A stretch of DNA of 64,000 nt from Euprymna scolopes (Eukaryota), in the NCBI GenBank assembly GCA_053919585.1, contig CM132785.1; one strand, written 5' to 3'. Positions 61,001 to 64,000 of this stretch are shown here, one piece after another. The notes beneath the pieces were generated by a model. The model searched no databases, had not been told where the DNA came from, and saw only the letters and a list, made by a program, of their open reading frames with translations. A program made the translations under genes and the position numbers. The stretch's first letter is position 1, and each line of letters begins with the position of its first letter.

Positions 61001-64000
61001 AGAATGAAAACGTTTTTTTTTTCAGTTATTATAAGCAAATTATCGAGACGAACCTTTACCGCTTGCTTCCAAAGCATCCAGATGAAGTCTGGCTTCTTGG
61101 ATGTTTGGCATGAGTTCTGGATGTCCGTAACTGACACATTCATCAATTACTTTGGCCAAAAATTCTGGATCGTCTTTCTTGATTGCACCCTTTAGTTTCA
61201 GTTTAAGGTCATCTACACTCAATTTTCCTGACAAACAAATGATACCAATGGCAACGACATTAACACTTTCAACATGAAGTAGATTTAAGGCAGATTTTAG
61301 TATTGTAAAAATGTGAATTACCTACAGATATAATTAAATAAATTTAAATGTTATATTTAAAAACAAGTCCAAGGTCTTTACGGAGAAAACGAAATTTTTA
61401 TCGATTTATTTCTTACTAAGAACAGAAATTTAAAATGATGAATATTAAGATACATCAATAAACATTTCTGATAGTATTACGTTCATGTTTGAATATGTAT
61501 TTGATTAGAAGTATATACATTTATTTTATTTGTTTTATCATAAACTAGCATCAGTATGTTCACAGTAATAACGATGCACTGTAACACATAATGTTATAAC
61601 TGTGTCAGAGGTTTTAGCAGAGCATTTAGGAAAACCAAGATTAGGATACTGCGAGGGAGATTTAAGAACTAATAAATACAAACTGATACATTTATCAACT
61701 TCGAAGATACTAACCTCCACGACCAAAGCCCATACCGTCTAGTGTGTCTCGTGCCAAATTGAGATCGAGAGCAAGTTCCGGAAATCCAGCTTCCTCGCAT
61801 TCAATGATAGCCTTTTCCAATTGAAGCTTGTCTTTGTTTTTGATTGCTGCCCTCAGTTTGCCACGAAGAAAGTCCGGTGTTTTAAGATCTGATTAACGTA
61901 ATTAATTAACAATTATGATCTGACAGAAGTAATATAATATGCGATTGTTTTTACACTCATTTCAGAGATGCTAAATTATTTTATAACTATAGTTTCCATT
62001 CATAGATATTTTATTTGTATTAAAGAATAATAAACAACATCTATCAGAATATTTTATATCATAAGATGCAAGTCTGATACAAGTATGTTTCATATATTAT
62101 ATACATTTATATAAGTGTTTACATTCGAATATAGCAATTATTTATGATTTTACATGAACAACTCTTAATAAATGAATTAATAGATATAAAGAAATTTTAC
62201 TGCATTTAAACTCTATGATACATTTATTATTGTTGGGAAATATAGATATATCTTATATGATGTTAATGTTCTAAAATATTTATTTTATTTATTTACAATA
62301 TCTGCATTTATTAAAGAGATTTGTATTCAAATGTATATTCTAACCTCCTTTTCCGCCTTCCAGTTTGAATAAGGCAACTCTCGACTTGTGGATATCAGCA
62401 TCGAGTCCAGGAAGACCGAGACTGATGCTGTCTTTAATGGTCGCATCCAAAAGTTTCTTATCTTTTGCTTTCAATGCCGCTTTATGCCGTTTACGTAGAT
62501 CGTCCACGGAAATTTCTCCTAATAATTGAAAGTCGATTTATATGAAAATATAAAATTTTATATTTCGGATTTTTTAATAATTGTGTTTAAAATACAATGT
62601 TTGCATAGTTACATATGAATTAAAATACTTTCTTATGTTTTTCTTATCGATGATATATCAGATAATAATAATAATAATCAACAATTATAAGTAAAACATT
62701 AAAATATGAATATTAATATAACGAATTATTATCCATAAAGAGTTTCTTATTAGTTGGATTTTTACAATAAATAATCATCTTTTTAATCTGACCTCCATAT
62801 CCGCCACTCAATTTGAAGAGTGCTTCCCGGGCATCACAGACATCGAATGCCAGTTCTGGATACTTGGCTTCCTCAGCAATATCAATAAGTTGTTCTAATT
62901 TTGGTCGATCTTTGTTCTTCACAGCTAATCGCAGTTGGTCACGCAATATTTCTGGTGTCAAATCGTCCAAGGATATATCTATTCAAATTCAGATTACAAT
63001 AGTCAGCAAAATATTTCATATCGCTATGATAAAAATAATACGAATTATTGTATTGTTATTTATTGCATTATAATAATCTTTCTTCTCTTGTAATTATTGT
63101 ATCGGTCAGTTTATATATTTGTACATATCTTAAACTTGAAATTTATCCGTGTAGATTTGCATATATTTATCAATATGCTTTTATTAAGCATTCTACCCTA
63201 TACATAGATTTATGGTGAAATCAGAATAGAAAACAAATTTATGATTCTATGAATATGATGAAAACAATTAATCATTTGGAAATAGAATCAGTAATGAAAA
63301 TAATTGTATATGTATAAATATATCCATGTATATAAAAATAAAGAAGGTAGGAAATACGTAATGAATCATGCTGGCAATTATATTGCATTTAGTATTTAAT
63401 ATTTAAAATATAGTTTCTTTTAAAAAATATTAATATACTAAAATCGTGATTCGAACCTGTATCTCCATGTTTCTTACGGAACAGACTGAACTTTGGAAGC
63501 TTCATTTCAAATTGTGGAAACGACCATGATCCTGATAATCAAAACGGCAATAATAATCTCCTATAATTTTGTATAACTATATAAGAAAATAATGAAATGA
63601 TTATTTTTACAGTTAATCAATTACTGATGGGTTCCATTTTTTTTAATTTCGTAAATTGTAATCAACATGATATCAATGATTATTTAAATTACCTTGCCTT
63701 TCTGAGGTAAACAAATACGATATGATGATCATTAAAATAGGGTTTATATATTTACCCATTTAATTAAAATGTTATAATTAAAATTAATTTAAAAGTCTGT
63801 TTGTTATAGAATATATTATTTACATAAAATGAAAGGGTGCAGATGCAATATGATATACTTATCTAACCTTCAACATCTGCTTCCATTTTTGGAAGTGCTT
63901 CACGGGCCTCTTTCAGATCTACTTCAAGTTCTGGATATTGGGCTTCCTCGGCTTCCAAGATAAGCTTCTCAAGTGCAGGTCTATCGTTGTTCTTCATAGC
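354..64000 (-). CDS. Interior of a giant tandem-exon repeat gene (98 exons, ~14.9 kb coding); start and end lie outside the window
   Basis: Homologous GC-richer blocks in AT-rich DNA, each bounded by AG..GT on the minus strand, all phase 1-1, with class-invariant lengths of 75/174/186 nt (E 165-168, one D 183). No in-frame stops in the exons I translated or that appear in the ORF track. Family assignment (hillarin/KY-like tail) is recollection only. Confidence 0.88.
954..1028 (-). CDS. Exon class S* (75 nt)
   Basis: GSFSLPRLHVKRPSFRLFKKKHADA; gttcg donor. Confidence 0.82.
1578..1751 (-). CDS. Exon class A (174 nt)
   Basis: GKLSVDKLRVKLENAMKKNDPE...EESGK; gtttg donor. Confidence 0.87.
1949..1983. 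repeat. (TAA)n microsatellite
   Basis: Direct read. Confidence 0.9.
2391..2564 (-). CDS. Exon class B (174 nt)
   Basis: GLKTPEALRAQLRAAIKHKNKVELEKAITECEEAGFPEL...GLGRG; gttag donor. Confidence 0.87.
3354..3527 (-). CDS. Exon class C (174 nt)
   Basis: GNLSLDNLLGRLKAAFKS...LEGGQG; gttgg donor. Confidence 0.87.
3769..3954 (-). CDS. Exon class D (186 nt)
   Basis: DISIGDLSPEKLRTQL...GGGFG; gttag donor. Confidence 0.87.
4181..4229. repeat. (ATA)n microsatellite
   Basis: Direct read. Confidence 0.9.
4463..4537 (-). CDS. Exon class S (75 nt)
   Basis: GSWSFPQFHFKAPKFSLFGKKHGDA; gtgcg donor. Confidence 0.85.
4643..4706. repeat. (AT)n microsatellite
   Basis: Direct read. Confidence 0.95.
4996..5169 (-). 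CDS. Exon class A
   Basis: 174 nt, AG/GT, phase 1-1, class homology. Confidence 0.87.
5712..5885 (-). CDS. Exon class B
   Basis: 174 nt, gttag donor. Confidence 0.87.
6261..6687. mobile_element. Tc1/mariner-like MITE relic
   Basis: Inverted ends CCCATTTAAAAGTAGCCCAATT (6269-6290) and AATTGGGCTGCTTTTAATTGGA (6655-6676) in an enlarged intron. Confidence 0.6.
6873..7046 (-). CDS. Exon class C
   Basis: 174 nt, gttag donor. Confidence 0.87.
7364..7549 (-). CDS. Exon class D
   Basis: 186 nt, gtata donor. Confidence 0.86.
7991..8065 (-). CDS. Exon class S
   Basis: 75 nt, ASWSLPRFNLKAPKFSFFR; gttcg donor. Confidence 0.84.
8422..8751. other. Assembly gaps (8422-8568, 8614-8751)
   Basis: N runs. 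Confidence 1.
8824..8997 (-). CDS. Exon class A
   Basis: 174 nt, gtggg donor. Confidence 0.84.
10164..10337 (-). CDS. Exon class B
   Basis: 174 nt, gttag donor. Confidence 0.87.
10685..10858 (-). CDS. Exon class C
   Basis: 174 nt, gttag donor. Confidence 0.87.
11022..11207 (-). CDS. Exon class D
   Basis: 186 nt, gttag donor. Confidence 0.87.
11638..11712 (-). CDS. Exon class S
   Basis: 75 nt, gttcg donor. Confidence 0.85.
12115..12288 (-). CDS. Exon class A
   Basis: 174 nt, gtctg donor. Confidence 0.87.
12525..12573. repeat. (TA)n microsatellite
   Basis: Direct read. Confidence 0.95.
12983..13156 (-). CDS. Exon class B
   Basis: 174 nt, gttag donor. Confidence 0.87.
13574..13747 (-). 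CDS. Exon class C
   Basis: 174 nt, gttag donor. Confidence 0.87.
14496..14560. repeat. (AT)n(GT)n compound microsatellite
   Basis: Direct read. Confidence 0.95.
14678..14863 (-). CDS. Exon class D
   Basis: 186 nt, gttag donor. Confidence 0.87.
15560..15634 (-). CDS. Exon class S
   Basis: 75 nt, GSWSFPSFHFKAPKFSLFRKKHGDT; gtttg donor. Confidence 0.85.
16153..16326 (-). CDS. Exon class A
   Basis: 174 nt, gttcg donor. Confidence 0.87.
16868..17035 (-). CDS. Exon class E (Pro/acidic derivative of C, 168 nt)
   Basis: GSITPEITTPELSLKTKDTKSLDAF...DAPDAGKG; gttcg donor. Confidence 0.8.
17306..17491 (-). CDS. Exon class F (D-derived, 186 nt)
   Basis: EISVPTMSPEELRKQL...YPELELDLKMAREALPKLGVDFE; gttag donor. 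Confidence 0.85.
18005..18079 (-). CDS. Exon class S*
   Basis: 75 nt, GSFSLPRFQMKVPKFGMFRKKQGNA. Confidence 0.84.
18493..18666 (-). CDS. Exon class A
   Basis: 174 nt, gtgtg donor. Confidence 0.86.
19105..19182 (-). pseudogene. Decayed partial copy of a class B exon
   Basis: Plus-strand CTCTGATCAAACGGATATACAGAGAGCTTTAGGATAATCGAGTTGCTGACGTTTAATGAT aligns by eye to the B core with an indel; no splice sites. Confidence 0.5.
19256..19429 (-). CDS. Exon class B
   Basis: 174 nt, gttag donor. Confidence 0.87.
20093..20266 (-). CDS. Exon class C
   Basis: 174 nt, gttag donor. Confidence 0.87.
20626..20700. repeat. (AT)n microsatellite
   Basis: Direct read. Confidence 0.95.
20771..20956 (-). CDS. 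Exon class D
   Basis: 186 nt, gttag donor. Confidence 0.87.
21387..21461 (-). CDS. Exon class S
   Basis: 75 nt, gttcg donor. Confidence 0.85.
21896..22069 (-). CDS. Exon class A
   Basis: 174 nt, gtttg donor. Confidence 0.87.
22403..22816. mobile_element. Helitron/Helentron-like non-autonomous relic with internal GA-rich tract
   Basis: CCGGCATTGCCCGA (22411-22424) is an imperfect inverse of TCGGGCAACATCGG (22791-22804), followed by GTAACTTGCTAG; purine tract at ~22585-22730. Confidence 0.4.
22930..23103 (-). CDS. Exon class B
   Basis: 174 nt, gttag donor. Confidence 0.87.
23554..23727 (-). CDS. Exon class C
   Basis: 174 nt, gttag donor. Confidence 0.87.
24021..24206 (-). CDS. Exon class D
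   Basis: 186 nt, gttag donor. Confidence 0.87.
24736..24810 (-). CDS. Exon class S
   Basis: 75 nt, gttag donor. Confidence 0.85.
25321..25494 (-). CDS. Exon class A
   Basis: 174 nt, gtttg donor. Confidence 0.87.
25976..26149 (-). CDS. Exon class B
   Basis: 174 nt, gtcag donor. Confidence 0.87.
26570..26743 (-). CDS. Exon class C
   Basis: 174 nt, gttag donor. Confidence 0.87.
26985..27170 (-). CDS. Exon class D
   Basis: 186 nt, gttag donor. Confidence 0.87.
27703..27777 (-). CDS. Exon class S
   Basis: 75 nt, gttcg donor. Confidence 0.85.
28167..28340 (-). CDS. Exon class A
   Basis: 174 nt, gtctg donor. Confidence 0.85.
28690..28741. repeat. (TA)n microsatellite
   Basis: Direct read. 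Confidence 0.95.
29259..29407. other. Assembly gap
   Basis: N run. Confidence 1.
29484..29648 (-). CDS. Exon class E (165 nt)
   Basis: ARVSPEIDLPDVSVETKDTNTLGIF...LDEPDVGK; gttag donor. Confidence 0.8.
29901..30086 (-). CDS. Exon class F/D-variant (186 nt)
   Basis: DITLVDMSPEALREQL...YPEAELELRDAKDALAKLRGEFK; gttag donor. Confidence 0.85.
30301..30839 (+). mobile_element. Non-autonomous mariner deletion derivative
   Basis: Imperfect ~30-bp TIRs (TA-TCAAGTCGGTGCAAAGAATTTTGCTGGTTT / reverse complement TA-TCAGGATGGTGCAAAGAGTTTTGCAGATTT) flanked by TA; internal transposase relics HDNAR (~30490) and SDYYLFRGLKNQLGGFRF (~30582). Confidence 0.85.
31015..31089 (-). CDS. Exon class S*
   Basis: 75 nt, GSFTFPGFHMKVPKFSMFGKKHGSA. 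Confidence 0.84.
31455..31628 (-). CDS. Exon class A
   Basis: 174 nt, gtttg donor. Confidence 0.87.
32151..32324 (-). CDS. Exon class B
   Basis: 174 nt, gttag donor. Confidence 0.87.
33608..33781 (-). CDS. Exon class C
   Basis: 174 nt, gttag donor. Confidence 0.87.
34061..34246 (-). CDS. Exon class D
   Basis: 186 nt, gttag donor. Confidence 0.87.
34762..34836 (-). CDS. Exon class S
   Basis: 75 nt, gttag donor. Confidence 0.85.
35019..35064. repeat. (AT)n microsatellite
   Basis: Direct read. Confidence 0.95.
35293..35466 (-). CDS. Exon class A
   Basis: 174 nt, gtttg donor. Confidence 0.87.
35652..35714. repeat. (TA)n microsatellite
   Basis: Direct read. Confidence 0.95.
36633..36806 (-). 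CDS. Exon class B
   Basis: 174 nt, gtcag donor. Confidence 0.87.
37104..37277 (-). CDS. Exon class C (divergent)
   Basis: 174 nt, open frame, gttag donor. Confidence 0.82.
37565..37750 (-). CDS. Exon class D
   Basis: 186 nt, gttag donor. Confidence 0.87.
38285..38359 (-). CDS. Exon class S
   Basis: 75 nt, gtttg donor. Confidence 0.85.
38700..38885 (-). CDS. Exon class F
   Basis: 186 nt, DVTIELMSPEDLRGQL...LPKMKADVE; gttag donor. Confidence 0.86.
39251..39324. repeat. (TA)n microsatellite
   Basis: Direct read, one G interruption. Confidence 0.95.
39449..39727. other. Assembly gap
   Basis: N run. Confidence 1.
40582..40656 (-). CDS. Exon class S*
   Basis: 75 nt, GSLSFPDINIKMPSFGLFSKKKKDK. 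Confidence 0.85.
40945..41118 (-). CDS. Exon class A
   Basis: 174 nt, gtttg donor. Confidence 0.87.
41621..41794 (-). CDS. Exon class B
   Basis: 174 nt, gttcg donor. Confidence 0.87.
42248..42421 (-). CDS. Exon class C
   Basis: 174 nt, gttag donor. Confidence 0.87.
42690..42875 (-). CDS. Exon class D
   Basis: 186 nt, gttag donor. Confidence 0.87.
43408..43482 (-). CDS. Exon class S
   Basis: 75 nt, gttcg donor. Confidence 0.85.
43821..44006 (-). CDS. Exon class F
   Basis: 186 nt, gttag donor. Confidence 0.87.
44594..44668 (-). CDS. Exon class S*
   Basis: 75 nt, gttcg donor. Confidence 0.85.
45009..45182 (-). CDS. Exon class A
   Basis: 174 nt, gtttg donor. Confidence 0.87.
45637..45810 (-). 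CDS. Exon class B
   Basis: 174 nt, gttag donor. Confidence 0.87.
46256..46429 (-). CDS. Exon class C
   Basis: 174 nt, gttag donor. Confidence 0.87.
46653..46838 (-). CDS. Exon class D
   Basis: 186 nt, gttat donor. Confidence 0.86.
47119..47407 (-). mobile_element. 5S rRNA-derived SINE-like insertion (SINE3-type)
   Basis: Minus strand begins GGCATAATCACGTTGAGACACCTGTTCTTGCTGTATTACCGAAGTTAAGCAACGTTGAACGTGGTCAGTACTAAATGGATGACC, a degraded 5S rRNA, followed by ~180 nt of unrelated GC-richer body; absent from paralogous introns. Confidence 0.75.
47600..47674 (-). CDS. Exon class S
   Basis: 75 nt, gttcg donor. Confidence 0.85.
48030..48215 (-). CDS. Exon class F
   Basis: 186 nt, gttag donor. 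Confidence 0.87.
48808..48882 (-). CDS. Exon class S*
   Basis: 75 nt, gttcg donor. Confidence 0.85.
49244..49417 (-). CDS. Exon class A
   Basis: 174 nt, gtttg donor. Confidence 0.87.
49923..50096 (-). CDS. Exon class B
   Basis: 174 nt, gttag donor. Confidence 0.87.
50541..50714 (-). CDS. Exon class C
   Basis: 174 nt, gttag donor. Confidence 0.87.
50949..51134 (-). CDS. Exon class D
   Basis: 186 nt, gttag donor. Confidence 0.87.
51653..51727 (-). CDS. Exon class S
   Basis: 75 nt, gttcg donor. Confidence 0.85.
52088..52273 (-). CDS. Exon class F
   Basis: 186 nt, gttag donor. Confidence 0.87.
52887..52961 (-). CDS. Exon class S*
   Basis: 75 nt, gttag donor. Confidence 0.85.
53278..53451 (-). 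CDS. Exon class A
   Basis: 174 nt, gtttg donor. Confidence 0.87.
53855..54028 (-). CDS. Exon class B
   Basis: 174 nt, gttag donor. Confidence 0.87.
54492..54665 (-). CDS. Exon class C
   Basis: 174 nt, gttag donor. Confidence 0.87.
54937..55122 (-). CDS. Exon class D
   Basis: 186 nt, gttag donor. Confidence 0.87.
55228..55355. other. Assembly gap
   Basis: N run. Confidence 1.
55719..55793 (-). CDS. Exon class S
   Basis: 75 nt, gttag donor. Confidence 0.85.
56187..56372 (-). CDS. Exon class F
   Basis: 186 nt, gttag donor. Confidence 0.87.
56781..56855 (-). CDS. Exon class S*
   Basis: 75 nt, GSMSFPDINIKMPSFGLFSKKKKDK. Confidence 0.85.
57202..57375 (-). CDS. Exon class A
   Basis: 174 nt, gttcg donor. 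Confidence 0.87.
57833..58006 (-). CDS. Exon class B
   Basis: 174 nt, gttag donor. Confidence 0.87.
58445..58618 (-). CDS. Exon class C
   Basis: 174 nt, gttag donor. Confidence 0.87.
58874..59059 (-). CDS. Exon class D
   Basis: 186 nt, gttcg donor. Confidence 0.87.
59557..59631 (-). CDS. Exon class S
   Basis: 75 nt, GSWSFPKFEMKLPKFSLFRKKYGET. Confidence 0.85.
60005..60190 (-). CDS. Exon class F
   Basis: 186 nt, gttag donor. Confidence 0.87.
60641..60715 (-). CDS. Exon class S*
   Basis: 75 nt, gttcg donor. Confidence 0.85.
61054..61227 (-). CDS. Exon class A
   Basis: 174 nt, gttcg donor. Confidence 0.87.
61715..61888 (-). CDS. Exon class B
   Basis: 174 nt, gttag donor. Confidence 0.87.
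62345..62518 (-). CDS. Exon class C
   Basis: 174 nt, gttag donor. Confidence 0.87.
62793..62978 (-). CDS. Exon class D
   Basis: 186 nt, gtcag donor. Confidence 0.87.
63457..63531 (-). CDS. Exon class S
   Basis: 75 nt, gttcg donor. Confidence 0.85.
63868..64000 (-). CDS. Exon class F, truncated by window edge
   Basis: AMKNNDRPALEKLILEAEEAQYPELEVDLKEAREALPKMEADVE; gttag donor. Confidence 0.85.

Noticed and set aside
349-62970. Reading the 60-100 aa minus-strand ORFs as a cluster of independent small genes
   Set aside because: Their N-termini are non-conserved intron sequence. Homology starts exactly at an AG and ends at a GT in constant phase, and many copies have no start codon.
349-62978. 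C-terminal di-glycine as a ubiquitin-like modifier or polyubiquitin-type precursor
   Set aside because: Modules look all-helical rather than beta-grasp, and after splicing the last Gly codon is replaced by the next exon's first residue. No support beyond the GG.
3401-63073. Recurrent plus-strand ORFs (MKSASRASQRSNASSGYLASS... and similar)
   Set aside because: Antisense shadows of the minus-strand exons: Ser-rich, with no consistent starts, and conserved only where they overlap the exons.
1-64000. CRISPR-like or prokaryotic repeat array
   Set aside because: The repeats are spliced coding exons with synonymous variation in eukaryotic DNA, with no cas genes.
1-64000. AATAAA and TGCATG motifs in introns as regulatory evidence
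   Set aside because: Expected by chance at this AT content, and no positional pattern is visible by eye.

Overview
AT-rich eukaryotic (metazoan-looking) genomic DNA with microsatellites and five N-gaps. The whole window is the interior of one minus-strand exon array: 98 short exons (97 complete, one cut by the window edge), all with AG/GT boundaries, all phase 1-1 and, where complete, all multiples of 3 nt. They fall into homologous helical-module classes (A, B, C 174 nt; D, F 186 nt), a degenerate class E (165-168 nt) and a 75-nt basic/aromatic class S/S*. In transcript order the array is [S-D-C-B-A-S*-F] units from 64 to 38.7 kb, then [S-D-C-B-A] units interrupted twice by [S*-F-E-A]. Spliced constitutively it would give about 4,970 aa with no start or end in the window. 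Of the 98 donors, 53 read G|GTTAG, so readthrough ends the module in Gly-stop, and 94 have a non-consensus pyrimidine at +3. From memory (not verified), the helical module resembles the GG-terminated tail of lophotrochozoan hillarin/KY-like proteins, and S/E resemble AHNAK repeats. Introns hold a mariner relic, a 5S-derived SINE-like insert, a Tc1-like MITE, a Helitron-like relic and a decayed pseudo-exon.
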